From positions 16,492,001 to 16,556,000 of the forward strand of contig NC_043015.1 of assembly GCF_006345805.1 (NCBI RefSeq): a stretch of DNA of 64,000 nucleotides. Direction: 5' to 3'. The position numbers and the translations under genes were made by a program. Positions within the stretch are counted from its first letter, which is position 1. Each line of letters opens with the position of its first letter. This DNA comes from Octopus sinensis. Its lineage: Eukaryota. A model generated the notes under the pieces. The model ran no database searches. It saw only the letters and a program-made list of their open reading frames with translations, and was not told the DNA's origin. Of the stretch, positions 37,849-51,302 are shown piece by piece.

Positions 37849-38180
37849 TACATGCATACATACATATACACATACACCGAGTAAAAAAATTCAGTTATCT
37901 CTCTCTTTCACACATTACTCTCTCTGTCTCTTCACACACACTAACAGAAGCACTTCACTTACACAACATACTGTCTGTCTCCCACACTCCATCAAACACA
38001 CACACACACACACATGTACATCAATGCGTCCCATGCACGGTAACTTCAAAAGAACTTCCCTCGTCATACAATCGCTTTCTCTTAGTCTCTTTCGCTCTCA
38101 TTACTTATGTAAAAAAATAAAAGTTTTTTACGGAAATCGACGGAAACCTGTGCTACGACAAGCGAAACATCGCCGATATA
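37733..38180. repeat. Inverted-repeat-bounded segment with internal (TACA)/(CA) microsatellites
   Basis: gcgatgtttcgcttgtcgtagcac..tttccgtcgatttccgtaaaaaa (about 37740-37790) is inverted at about 38123-38172. Confidence 0.75.
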
Positions 38181-38380
38181 GGTCTTATATTCGTCCTAAA
38201 AAACTTTCCTGTCACACACTCACGCACACGCACACACACACACACACGCACCCTCACACACACACACACGCACACACACACACACGCACATTAGCTTACA
38301 ATTTATTTATATATTTGCGTGTCTATGTGTGTAAAGAGGAAGTGGCAGACTGAAAGAGTCACTCACTACAAAAGGTGAAT

Positions 38381-38650
38381 TACTTTCATTTTATTCCTTG
38401 CACACTGTGTGTGTGCGTGTGCGTGTGGTGTAAAACACATTAAGAAAAGCATTTGACATACACACCAGAATGTGAGTTTTCTCGAAATTTTGCTTAATTG
38501 GAGTTTAAATTTTAAAAAGTGGACCTGGCAAAACCCGATGCATTCTACTCTTAAAAATGCTAAGTAAATTGTAATTGAAGAAATCCTATATTGTAGATTT
38601 CTATAACTGACAAAGGGAGGCAGATAAAATCTGCCTTTTATAATAAGAGA
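38381..38650 (-). mobile_element. Helitron 5'-terminal fragment, copy 1
   Basis: The minus strand begins A|TCTCTTATTATAAAAG. About 270 bp are shared with 40413-40682. Confidence 0.7.
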
Positions 38651-39130
38651 TTTCCTACAAATTGTGCTAACACTATTTTTAGTATTTCACAAACTGCAAC
38701 CTCAGATTCTTAAACTCTTAGTTGTTAGTATGATTTAGAAAAATAAGAGGAAGATTTAGATTTGATATAAAGATGAAATAATAATAATAATTGTAGTACC
38801 GGGCATTGGCTTTCATGGCTTTTGATCTTACTGATTGGAAGTGTTATCATGTACATGTTTTGTCTTGGTATAAAAGATGGGCTACAGCAAATATTTTGTT
38901 CAATACCACAAATTTTTGTTTGTCAGCTGCTTGACCATGACCAGTTGAGAATGTCCTGATGGTGATGATGATGATTATCATCATTGCATCTCTATCAGGC
39001 ATGGTCAACCTTTATCTAGCAACAGATCTTATGAAATATTATTAATCATACATTGGGCTACTCCTCCAAGAGAATAATTTAACAATAATGATGAGTACAT
39101 TATATAATAATGTACTTATTATTATAATAA

Positions 39131-39516
39131 CTAGCAGTATCGCCCGGCGTTGTAAGGGAAATAACTATATAAGCATTTTTAGAGAGTTATAGCCAAAAAA
39201 TAGCAAAAAAATGCATTAAAAATTGAAAAAAAATTAAGGTAAATTTTTTTTTAAATCGTTGACACATCGTAGATATTTTTAGAGAGTTACTTCCCTTATA
39301 TAAAAGCGAAAAAATGCATTAAAATGGAAAAATATGATGGTAAATTTTTTTTTAAATCGTAGACTCATCGTAGACGCACACTAATACCCAGAAGGGCTCG
39401 ATATGAATCACGACTATAAGATACCCGCTTTTGGTTAAACTGCACCGCAAAATGTGGGAGTAGTTAGGAATCTAAATCGTAGGAGACAGACACACAACTT
39501 CACTCTTATATAAAGA
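39131..39516 (-). mobile_element. Short non-autonomous Helitron
   Basis: A|TC 5' end at 39516 and CTAG|T 3' end at 39131. Half of the subterminal hairpin is deleted. Confidence 0.85.
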
Positions 39517-40412
39517 TGCTTTTTTTTTTTCAGTCATAGAGTTAGATTTATGAAGGTCTTCAGTAGAAAATCCTTCGAATTCTGACTCGCTGCTTGATAT
39601 AATGAAATTCGTATCCATTTTTTGTCAGAATTACAAATTTTGAAAACACAATAGGAACAAATTTCGGAAAAAAATCTCCCATAATTCACGGAATTAAAAT
39701 TACACTTCGATTTTTGTACAAAACTGTAGTTGAAGTGTTTACGAAGTATAATACGTGTTTTCACGAATGTACTAAAGAGATTTGCTCTGATATTCTCATT
39801 TAAATATGAATAGGTAAATTCGGGCGGCTTGGTAACGAAAGGGTTAAACGGATGCATACATTTATTAATCTCTTTTATAATAACTATATATAAGTGTCGT
39901 CTGTTTATACATAACACTGTTTCATACTGCAATTATATATACATATATCTATATATAATATTATATAATAAAATATATACAGAGTAAAATAAAAACCAAT
40001 TTACCTTTTCTGTCCGTCCGTGTGTCTTTGCAAATGTGTTGGAATGATAAGTGAGTTGTGTTTTGGCGCCTTTTTTACTAATAACAAACACACACGTGTT
40101 TGTATGTAGTTGTATATGTATGTGTATGCGTGTGTGTGAGGAATGACACACACACACTCACGCACGCACACATGTACATCAATGCTTTCGGAGTGATATG
40201 TTAAAATATTGAGTTTTCTCGAATTTTGTCTTAATTGGTGGTAAAATTGTAAGAAATTTTTTATGGCATCACCCACTGAAGTACTCTGAAAAATCTTAGG
40301 TAAACTCTAATTGAAGAAATTGTGTGAGGAGTAAATCGTTATGTATTTATTTGTTTCTGTTTGCTGTGTTTCTTTATTTTTTGAGGAGTGGTTTAAATAC
40401 TCTGTCGCTATT

Positions 40413-40682
40413 TACTTTCATTTTATTCGTTGCACACTGTGTGTGTGCGTTTGCGTGTGCTGTAAACCAGACTAAGAAAAGCATTTGACATACACACCAG
40501 AATGTGAGTTTTCTCGAAATTTTGCTTAATTGGAGTTTAAATTTTAAAAACTGGACCTGGCATGACCCGATGCATTCTACTCTTAAAAATGCTAGGTAAA
40601 TTGTAATTGAAGAAATCCTATATTGTAGATTTCTATAACTCCCAAAGGGAGGCAGATAAAATCTGCCTTTTATAATAAGAGA
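40413..40682 (-). mobile_element. Helitron 5'-terminal fragment, copy 2
   Basis: Near-identical to 38381-38650, with the same A|TC terminus. Confidence 0.7.
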
Positions 40683-40919
40683 TACTAATAATGGAGTACA
40701 TTATCAATTGTTGATAATTTCAGGAATCACCCAGTACTACAAAATCTTAATTGAAAGAGCAAGAAAGAAAGAAAGAAAACAATTATTTGAAGTAACAGAG
40801 TTGGATCTAAATACCATGTTACAGAATTTAAGTAAAATATCATGTTTATGTTATCCTTGCCTTACTTGAGTCATACTGAAGTCATAAAGGTTCACAAGTT
40901 AAGACCTGTCAGATCTGTC

Positions 40920-41150
40920 TTTTATCTTTTATTTGTTACTGTCATTACACCATGGCCATGCTGGGGTACCATCTTGAAGAATATTTAGTTGAATGAATTG
41001 ACCCCAGCACTTAATTTTTGCCAAACCACTAAGTTACAAAGATTTAAACACACCAACACCAGTGATCAAGCAGTGGTGGGACACACACACACACATAATG
41101 AGCTTAACCTGAGGCTATAGTGGAAAACGCTTGCCCAAGGTGCAATATAG
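40920..41150 (-). mobile_element. Decayed SINE family B
   Basis: ggccatgctggggtacc...caccaacaccag...gcttgcccaaggtgc. Confidence 0.6.
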
Positions 41151-42697
41151 CTAAATATATTGGTTGCTATATAAAATTATACTAATGGAACAGTGTCATT
41201 TATTATAAGTTTGTTTTATGTGTTCTGACAAGAAATATAATACAGTTTTACATGAAATTTCTGAGGCATTTGAGAGACAATATGATAGAAGAAGCCTAAG
41301 GCAAGGACAAGCAAAATCTGGATGCTGCACCCAAACATAGCACCTACTAATGCATCACTCCTTATCTGTGATTGTTTTGGCAAAGTTTAAGACACTCAAC
41401 TTTCTAATTTTGACCCCTACTAACTTATTTGTACTGAAAGTTAAATCCACAATGAACAGTCACTGTATTGAAAATGATAGAAGAAATTGAAGAAAATTCA
41501 CAAGAAGTAGCTACTACCCCTACTACTGGCATGGGATGGATGGTTTGACAGAATCCAATGAACTGAAGAACTATATCTGTTTTTGGCATGGTTTCTATAG
41601 CCAGAGGCCATTCCTAAAGCCAACCATTTTGTTGTATGTACTACTGGGTGCTATTACCATGGCACCAGCACTAATGAGGTTATCTTGCAACTTGCAAGAC
41701 TAAAGGGTCCTCTGTAACTGATGGAGAATGGGAGATAGATAGAAAAATAGAGTGTATGTGAATGTGCAATGGTTTTAGGCAAGTGGGTTGTGTACAGGGT
41801 CTCCAAGGTTATACCATATTATAAGAGCAAGTATGGGTGGAAGGTGTGGTGGAAGGGAACATGAAAGAGAAAATAGATGAAGATCCAGAGAGAGTCATTG
41901 AAAAAGAAGTGCAGGGTGTCAGAGGGGTTAGGTCACTGAGATAAGAGGATGATGAGATGAGAGAATGTTTTTTCACCAACTGGTGGAAAAGACAGTTGGT
42001 GGAAAAAAAGGCTGAGAGGGTGTTATGACTGGCAATAGGTAAGTGGTGAGATGAGAGTTAAGTGATAGAATGATGACTGAGGTGAGTGGGGGAGATGGAT
42101 GAAAGAAGGAAGGTGGGCACAGATTGAGTGATGAAGCTGGACAAATATACTTTCTCTTACATGGGCCAAGTGAGGGATGGGGCAATATGTAGGGCAACCA
42201 TTCATACTTTGTGAGCTTCATAAGTGGTGAGGAGCTAAGAGATAGAAGGGGTATGAGTGATAAAGGGATCAAAGTGAATGGGGAGATGAGTGAAAGAAGG
42301 AAGGTGATTAACAGGTATATAAGATAGGAGGTGTAGATAAGGTGACAGCAAACATACTCGGCAGGATACAAATATATGCATATATACGTTCCAACATGTC
42401 TATATGCTTAAGTATCCCCAAATATATTTCAATCGAACAGTGCAATCACAACAATCCAGAAACTTCTGATAATACCTCATAACTACAGAATGTGTGTATA
42501 TATGCATTCATGTTTGTATAAATGTGTATATATGTGTTCCATTATGTGTACATGTGGGTGCTGAAACAATCTGCATATTTGCTTTAGATAAAGCTAGAAC
42601 TTGAGTGAATTGAGGCAAGGCTTTCACTCAAGCTTAATATAACTACCACAAAAATACAAATTAAGGATACTTTAATGTTGTACAGATATACAGAATA

Positions 42698-43117
42698 TTA
42701 ACCCTTTAGCATTTAGATTAAACTGTATTATAATTCTTATTTATTGACATTGTTTTAAATAAATCAAGTATTATCTTGTACCTTCAAGATTTTGATGATG
42801 TGGTTGTATATGTTTAGTATGACATTGTAAGGTAGGTGTGAAAGACCCAATTTGGCTGATTTGAACATAAACAGGTAGAATATTTTGGCTGGTTTAACCT
42901 TTTAGCATTCAGATTACTCAGTCAAATGTAATGCTTATTTATTCACATTGTTTTGAATTAACCATGTATTGTCTCATAGCTTTGAGATTTTGATGATGTG
43001 ATTATTTGATGAATGACAGTGTAGAGTAGGTGTGAGAAATCAAATCTGTCCTATTTGGACATAAAACAGGTAGACTATTTTGGCTGGTTAAGACCAGTTT
43101 GAATGCTAATGGTTTAA
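42698..43117. mobile_element. Two tandem piggyBac-type MITE copies
   Basis: TTAA|ccctttagcatt starts at 42698 and at about 42894. The second copy ends aatgctaatggt|TTAA. Confidence 0.75.
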
Positions 43118-44581
43118 GTGGTAAATGGTTAATTACACTGGTCAACAGGTATTTTTTATCAAGCATATATCAAGGTGTACTTAGTGTAGTTTTTAATGCT
43201 GATTTCAAATATTCAATTAGTTTTTGACATCACATACAGTTTTCAAGATGAGAAAGTTTTTTGATTTTAGCTCATGCATTATATAGAAATTCCAATTAAT
43301 GACATGTATGCATGTATTTCATTTAAATTATGGAAACATACCTTTAAAATAAACTACATTATTCATTGTTGCATAGTTCAGATGGAATATTTCATCATCT
43401 TAAATTGACCAATCAAGTTTTGTCTGATTAAAATAGGTATTTCAACATCTCAAATTGTCCAGTCATAATTGGTCTGCTGAAATATTTCATCATCCCAAAT
43501 TCAATATAAGTATAACCGTTTGTATCTATTTCCTTGCTTGTTTTACAGTGTTAACTATGTCAAGATAGTGTAGAAATCGTCCTGATGTGTTTTGTTACAT
43601 CTGTGGACAATTTTTTGTGAAAATTCAAAAACATACAATAACACCAGAGATCAAGAAAATTTATAAGCTATACTTTGACTGTCCTCTTGGAGATCAGGAC
43701 AAGTTATGGGCACCACATTTTATCTGCTCAGCTTTCTCAAATGGCTTACATGAGTGGTTTAATAAGAGGTCCATACCTTTTGCCATTCCAATGATATGGA
43801 AGGAGCTGAAAGACCATTTTAATGACTGTTATTTTTGCAAAATAAATGTCACAGAATTTTCTATGAAGAATAAACACAAAATTATGTATCCCAATTCAGA
43901 TTCTGCAATGTGAGACCTGTGTCTCACAATGGAAGTCTGCCAATTCCAGTTCCATCAGATGATGATGCTGGCTGTCTCTTTATAGTGCTGCTGAGGAAGA
44001 TTACATGACTGATAACAATAGCTTTGAACCTCAGAAATTTTTCCAAGCTGAACTGAATGACCTATCTCAAAAGATAAAGCAAAACTGTTGGCATCATGAC
44101 TTTAGGAGAAGTATCTGCTAGAGTACAGTGTTCATATAACTTATTTTTGGCAGAGAAATGTAGTTCTACAAACATGTTTTTCTGTTGCAGGCCTGCTTTC
44201 CTTTTGCAGTAACATCGATGGACTTTTCAAATGTTTATCACAGAATCACGATCCTGCAGAGTGGTGTTTGTTTATTGACTCTTCAAAGCGAAGTTTAAAA
44301 GTTGTACTTCCCTATAATGGTAAGTTGAAGCCCTCCCATTCCTATTGCACACTCCATTCTTCATGAATCAAATGAGAATATGGAACTTTTACTTTGTGCC
44401 ATTGCCTATGAAAGATACTCATGGAAAATATGTGGAGATTTAAAAGTCATTGGAATGTTAACAAATACATTTCTTGTGTCTATGGGATAGTAGGACAACT
44501 GACAGTCATTATTCAGAATCAAACTGGCAGACAAGAACATCATACTAGCCAGGACAGTCTAGGCATCAAGAATACACCTCT

Positions 44582-45581
44582 TGTAGTGTACACTTGAGGG
44601 AAATTCCTCTCTCTCTGTTATATATACATAAATATGGATGAAGTAGATAACAGCTAGCCTTCAGCCGCCCTTTTGGACCCTGTTGTGTCCACTACTCTAA
44701 TTGGTTGGTATTGGCGCAATTTGTCTCTTGCTCTATTGCATGCCAATATGCAACCCAACCAGCTGCAGCCTTCAAATAAGGTCACGTGATACAGTCTCTT
44801 CTAAACCTCAGTTTGAGCCGACTGCTCATTATAAAACTCTAGCTTCACACCAAGTCGATGTCTTTTGGTTACAGACCTTTTGAGGTCTAGCCACTGACCA
44901 CATAGGACACAGCCAGTTCCAGCGACAACACAACAGCAGCCACAGGAGACTCATCAATTTCGTCCAGCAGCATTTGAAGACTTCCATTTCTGTCGCCAGC
45001 ATTCATCCTAACATCAACATCATCTCTCTACATATACAGCAATCAGCAACACTCGCACAGGTTCCAACACAACACTGTTTGTGAAGCACTTCACCATGGT
45101 TAACAGCAAATACAACCTGCGAGAACTCCTGTAACAAGTGACCGGTACTAGCATCGTAGCCACAACTTCTTGTACGACATGTACCTCAACCAGCTCTACA
45201 TTACAGCCACAACTTCTTGATACAGCATTTCAGCTATCGTGTACATTGACTACGAACTGGTATTTATCATCCTTGTGTCTGAACATTCTTCTAATGTCAT
45301 ATAATAGACTCTTTCAATGCTCTGTACTTAATGCACATGCATACATTCATGCCTATGCACATGCACTTTGTTCTCATGACTGCCTGTCATTTAATATACA
45401 TGATGCACCACAGATACACATGTTAACCTATCAATAAAATCTTCTCTTAAACATTCTACCCGGTTGTGTCTCTCTTTTCCTTTTGGCACTTACATGCATT
45501 TATCCTTTCCACATTTATTGTATTGACTGTGTGATGTACTAGGGAGCCATTCTCATCACCTCACTTCGCACAGTCACTACA
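44582..45581 (+). mobile_element. Putative solo LTR inserted in the transposase
   Basis: 1-kb insert bounded by TGTAGTG...CACTACA, with an internal AATAAA near 45433. The flanks read KNTPL / DPCNVLLPPLHIKLG. TSD not resolved. Confidence 0.6.
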
Positions 45582-46639
45582 AGATCCATGTAATGTCCTA
45601 TTGCCTCCTTTACACATAAAGCTTGGACTGACGAAACGGTTTGTAAACACACTAGGAAAGAGAAACGCCAGAGGGTTTGAGCATATTGTAGAAAAGTTTC
45701 CCAAAATCACACAGACAATGTCGAAAGAGGGTATCTTTGTCAGACCCCCAAATTACAGAAGTACTCAAAGATGTCAACTTCAAGGCAACAGTGGATGAAC
45801 AGGAACTGCCTGCCTGGAATGCTTTCAATTGGATCTGTGAGAATTTCTTTGGCAACAAGAAGTTAATGGACTACAAGGATGGCATCAAGAATCTTCTGAA
45901 ACATTACTCAGCAATGGGTTGTCACATGTCACTGGAAGTTCACGTTTTGGACTCCCATCTGGATTTCTTTGCAGATAACCTTGGAACAGTGTCGGATGAA
46001 CATGGTGAAAGATTTCACTAAGATGTTAGTGTTATAGAGAAACGTTACCAAGGCTTCTGGAATGACAGTATGCTGGCTGACTACTGCTGGACATTTTATC
46101 AGGATCAACCAGATCAGGAACACCACAGAAAATCCAAATCACAATGGTTCTAACTCTGTTGTTCTAACTTTGTTTTGTCTGACCTATTTTTTTTGTATTC
46201 ACTCTTTGTAGAATGATAGTGATGATTTTAACTCAATAAACTCATTTACTTTCTATAAACTAGGAAAGCACTCGGAGAGTGCGGACCACCACCAAGCCGC
46301 TCATTTCCACCCATATACATGCATGCTGAAAATTGCCCAGTCTAACCAAACCAATGCCAGCAAAAACATAACCTCCTTGGTGGAGTTTAAAAAAATAACA
46401 CAGCCATATGATTTTTTAAAAAAAAAACCTTTAAAAACAGGAAACATCTAAAGCAATTATAATACATCAATGACAACAGCAAGCTAGTTTCACCATACAA
46501 ATAAAAAGAAACAACAATTACCTAAAACTTGAGTGTTAAGATAGATACGTGAGTAAAATTACTAATAGAGAAATGAAAATAAACTTTGGAAACAGCAACG
46601 CCACCATAGGTTACGTGGAAACACTGTGTTTTCAAGGGA

Positions 46640-46850
46640 GATGATCAAAGAATGTAACATTGTAATACTTCATGTAAAATAAATATAACAAATGAAAAAT
46701 CCTTCAAGAATCCATAATTCCTTCTGTAATTACCAACTTTTCCTGCAAGTTTCATCAAATACTGTTAATGACTTTTTGAGTTATTTTGCACACAGTCGGA
46801 CAAACCAACGCCAATGAAAACATAACCTCCTTCTTTGGCAGAGGTAATAA
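46640..46850 (-). mobile_element. Non-autonomous repeat with cctc(t)gccaa..ggagg subterminal palindrome (possibly Helentron-associated)
   Basis: Minus strand ttacctctgccaaagaaggaggttatgttttc. A related piece lies at 46258-46390. Confidence 0.4.
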
Positions 46851-47055
46851 TATGTCCTTATTTATTATGTTAATGATTTCATATATACAAATATGTAAAT
46901 ATTTGCATGTATCTACTGAAAAACTGATATGTGCTGCATACAAATGGAGTGAAATTTTGAAATCAACATGAAAAATTAGGCTAAAAAAGTTGGTTTGTAT
47001 TCCTAATGAATATAATACATTTAATTTTGTTGACCAGTGTTATCATTTTGCTTAC

Positions 47056-47117
47056 CTGGTTTATTCTGTTTAACTCTGTTTCTTGTTTTTCCTTCAATAT
47101 ACCAAATGCTTTTCCAC
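47056..47117 (-). CDS. AIF1: AIF1/Iba1-like gene, internal coding exon (equivalent of vertebrate exon 2)
   Basis: Minus strand: acceptor ttttaactgcag, 62 nt encoding (G)GKAFGILKEKQETELNRINQ, donor gtaagc. GGKAFG is the AIF1 N-terminal signature. Confidence 0.93.
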
Positions 47118-47730
47118 CTGCAGTTAAAAGACAAAAAAGATTGCACTTAATGTTGCAATTATTACTGGTCTATAACATTAAATTGAATTTAATTTTCATT
47201 TTTTACATATATCAAATTTGTTTTGTTTGTTTATTACAACAAACAATTTTTTACTGTAATAGACCTCAAGATTATCATATAGATTGCTTTATTTGTTATT
47301 ATTATTGAAAACCATCCCAGCCATGTCTCCACCTCACATTGTCTTTTACCAGAACTACATTTATCCAAGGTGTTTTTAGATTTTTATAACAGAGGGCTAT
47401 TGTTTGGGAGAACCTTGGCTGATATTTCTAGTAGAGTGATCCTTGGTTCATCTTTACTTAAAGTTTTATGCTTGAGGGCCAAAACTTGTATATGCCAACT
47501 CACTTTTAATGAGCCTTTCAACTTACCAGTATGATGTTTCAAATTTATTGATTCTACTTATTCATCAGCTGTCTTAATGTCAAAGTTGGCAACCCATTCC
47601 TGTCAGTATAGATCTTTTGTGTGAAAAATCTTTACTTTGTCATCTATATTTATCATATGAAAGATAGTAAATAAAGATATTTCATCTTCTGAGATGGATG
47701 GAAAATTTGTAAGGAAACGTATCACTGATT

Positions 47731-47765
<35 letters not shown>

Positions 47766-48589
47766 TCTAGAATTCAGCTTCTAACACCAATTTGCCTTTA
47801 TATATATATATACAAATTTCAGAAGATGGTCAGATAAGAAATTTTGTCTTTCAACTTTGTTCATCTATTCCTCTATTTCTGCGCAGATCATAAACCCCTT
47901 ATTAGTTGTTTTCATTATTCTGTCTATTTAATTACCTTATAAACATGTAAATATAGCTTCAATAGTTTCATCTTCCTTGTTGTTGCCTTAAGATAGCCTT
48001 AGTTCATGCATATCCTTAACTGCCACATATTCATTTATTGAAGTTTATCACACAGTCACTTATTTCTCTAATTTTGTCATAGACTGGCTGACCGAAAACT
48101 CTAAGATTTTTCAATTGTATTTTACTATTATCGACATTTGCTGTTTCGTTAAATTATGCTACCCAAATCCCAAAAGAATATTTTTCTCCCTTGTGTTCTG
48201 ATCACTCTAACTCTGACACCCCCTCTCTCTCTCTGCCTCACTCTGTCTCTCTTTCTCGGCCTCACTGTCTGTCTCTCTTTTGATTACCACTTGCTTCGCT
48301 AAGACTCCCTCCACCCCCAGCCCCACCCTACATAAAACTAATGCATGCACTTGGATTCCCCTCTATCATCCTTTGGTTGTCTCCCATGAACACTTCTAAA
48401 GGCTTTACGCCATCCCCACCCTTACTTAGGGTTTATCTCCTTTGTAATGTAGTGATCATATAGTGCATAAATATGATGGTGTAGTGTATGCAGGTTGAAT
48501 TGAAGGCTATTGTTTGTTTATGAATTCTGCCAAATGCAAGCTTTCTTCTTTTCGGGTACATGATGCTGCTGTCCCCCATTCCAGGGTTT

Positions 48590-49076
48590 CATTAGCCCAC
48601 ACCCTCAGGGTTGGCACTCTCAATGTCAGTACGCTAAAAGGTAGGTCTGGTGAGATTGTAGAGATGCTTGAACGGAGATGTTTCAATTTGTGCTGCCTCC
48701 AAGAAGTAAGGTGGAGAGGAGGTTCCTCACAGGCAAAGAACACAGGTACAAGATTTTCTGGGCAGGAAACACTGATGGGGTCAGGGATGTGGGTATACTT
48801 CTTGTGGAGAAATGGGATGATAAGGTAATTGAGGTAGTCAGAGTATGCAACAGAATACTTAAGATTAGATTAGTGCTTCATCAGGGGTTAACAACCATTA
48901 TCTCGGCCTATACCCCTCAGCCAGGGCTACCCGACGGACAGAAAGACCGATTCTATGACACCCTCTTGCAGACTAACTGGTTGACGACTGACAGGGACCT
49001 TCTCTTTGTGGCTGGTGACTTTAATGAACATGTTGGACAACATACAGGGGGCTTCCATGGCATACATGGAAGCTAC
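48590..49076 (+). mobile_element. RTE-clade LINE 5' fragment (APE endonuclease)
   Basis: VGTLNVSTLKG, LCCLQEVRWRG, TIISAYTPQ, VAGDFNEHVG. Ends abruptly at the start of the duplicated block. Confidence 0.9.
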
Positions 49077-50025
49077 GGAAGATGTGGGAAATAGCAGCAT
49101 CAGATTGAAGGAGACAGATTTGACCTAGGATATATGGTAGACAAGGGTTAAGAGAAGGCCAGTACTTCACATGACAGTAGAGGTGTGGACAATAATACTG
49201 GCCCATCAGTAAGTGGCATCAATGGCTGGTTGGGTTTACCGACATTATGTGGAGTAAACGATTTGAAGGTATTGAAGTTGGAGCCAAGGCTACAGTAGTG
49301 GCAAAAGCAAAGGAATTGTGAGTAAAGGACAAAAGATTTGGTATGAGTGAGATAGGTATGACCTCATTTCAGGTCTTACTGGGTCTACCTCTACCACAGG
49401 TTCCCTCCACAGTAGAGATCGGCACTTCTTTACACAACTGTCCTCGTCCATATGCATCACATGACCATACCAGAATAGTCATCTCTCTTGCACACCACAT
49501 CTGATTCCTCTTATGCCTAACTTTTCTCTCCAGATACTTACACTTTGTCGAACATGCACACTGACATTGCACATTCAGTGAAGCATACTGGCTTCATTTC
49601 TCTCAAGCCTATGCATGTCCTTGGCTGTCACAGCCCATGTTTCATTGCCATGCAGCATAGCTGTTTGCAAACAGGCATCAAACAATCTGCCTTTCACTGT
49701 GAGACAAGCTCTTTGTTGCCAGCAGGGGTAGGAGCTCTTTGTCTGTCCTAATCTTATTTTTACAGCATCCACCTTCACTACTAACTTGGTTACCTAGATA
49801 ACGGAAGCTTTCTACTATCTCTAGTTTGCCCCCCACTTGGCAGTTGACGGAATCTATTTTCTGCCCATTTTCAGCGTTTATTGTACCTGTGCATCTTCCA
49901 CATACAAAAGTTAGTTTCCCTGTCAACCTTCTTCTAATATTGCTGCACCTTTTATGTGTCCAAAGCTTACACTCGGTGCATCTTATGGAGTTTCTAGCTA
50001 CACCTTTTCTACAGATTGAGCAGGG
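49077..50025. repeat. ~950-bp duplicated block, copy A (includes an RTE 3' part on the minus strand)
   Basis: Near-identical to 54248-55194, starting ggaagatgtgggaaatagc and ending gattgagcaggg. Confidence 0.93.
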
Positions 50026-50611
50026 TTTTAAATATAAGAAAATAAGACTGTCATTCACAAAAGTAATATAAAATAAATAAAATAAGCTTGTATTCAAATT
50101 AGTCTCATTTCTTGGTTACTTCTATTACTTTTCCTAGTTTGTTGAGCTGGGGTTAATGAATTATGATTAATGATTAAGATGATCTGTCATCTTAATCATT
50201 AATCATAAGTAAGATCTAGTTAACAACTGAAGCCTGCTTGTGATTATATTCCATTAGCAAATCATATAGATATATTTTTCTAAATAAAAGGATTCAATTG
50301 ATTAAGTTACTCCAAGGTGAACATATTTAATGACATTTTTCCTGTAAATAGTGTTCCATTTTCTAAGCAAATTCTTGAAAGTGGTTAACTGCCAATTAGT
50401 GCATAATTAAGATATAATGAAAGTTGACTGGTAGCTGTGCATTGTTTTGAGTTACTGTTACTAATGGTGATTATTTACCAGTAGCTGTAAATCACTGAAT
50501 TTATTTATTTATTATCATAAGTCTGTGTTTTGAGTTTAAATCTTGCCTAGGCTAATTTTATTTTTCATCTGAGGGTTAATAAAATAAGTAATGTGCTCAA
50601 TTAAATTCCTT

Positions 50612-50920
50612 TTTATCCTTTACGTGTTTTAGTAATTGGACTCATGGTCATGCTGGGGCCTTGCCATCAAGGGTTTTAGTAGAACAAATCGATCCCAGTG
50701 CTTAGTTTTTGACGTTTGGTATTGGCTTCTATTGCTAAACTGCTAAGTCTGTGGTAAACAAACCAAAACCAGCTGTCAAGTAGTGTGGTGGGGGGTGGAG
50801 ACACATATACACACAAACATATACAACAGGCTTCTGTCTACCAAATCCATTCACAAGAGACTTGGTCAACCCAGGACTATAATAGAAAACTCTTGCCCAA
50901 GCTGCCAAACAGTGGGACTG
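50612..50920 (-). mobile_element. Decayed SINE family B
   Basis: ggtcatgctggggcc...ctaccaaatccattcacaag...cttgcccaagctgcc. Confidence 0.65.
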
Positions 50921-51084
50921 TGCTCTTACTAATTTGTGAATCAGCAATTCAAGAAACCATTAATTGACCATGGAATGCAGCTGTAAAGCATTGGTGACTT
51001 CCTAACAAAACAAAACATTTGGACCTCATTTCTGTTTCTAACTATAAATACCTGACATGTATTACAGGATAAATATTGATGGCA

Positions 51085-51302
51085 GCAATAGGCTGCAAGC
51101 TGGCAGAATTGTTAACATGCTGGGTAAAATGCTTAGCAGCATTTCATCTATCTTTATGTTCTGAATTCAAATTCTGCTGAGATCAACTTAACATTTCATC
51201 CTCTCAAGGTTGATAAGAGAAGTACCAACTGAGCACTGACGGTTGATGTAATCGACTTAGCCCCTCACCCAAAATTGCTGACCATGTGCCAAAATTTGAA
51301 AT
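51085..51302 (+). mobile_element. SINE family A
   Basis: gcaagctggcagaattgttaac...ggttgataag..gtacca...aaaatttgaaa. Confidence 0.75.

Larger units (their letters stand above)
43136..46990 (+). mobile_element. Chapaev-like (CMC superfamily) DNA transposon remnant
   Basis: MSR*CRNRPDVFCYICG, LGDQDKLWAPH, DHFNDCYFC, LPPLHIKLG, GC.MSL..H.L.SHLDFF, VSDEHGERFH, MLADYCW. CACTG left end. Imperfect subterminal inverted repeats at about 43175-43260 and 46905-46985. The family name is recalled, not searched. Confidence 0.75.
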
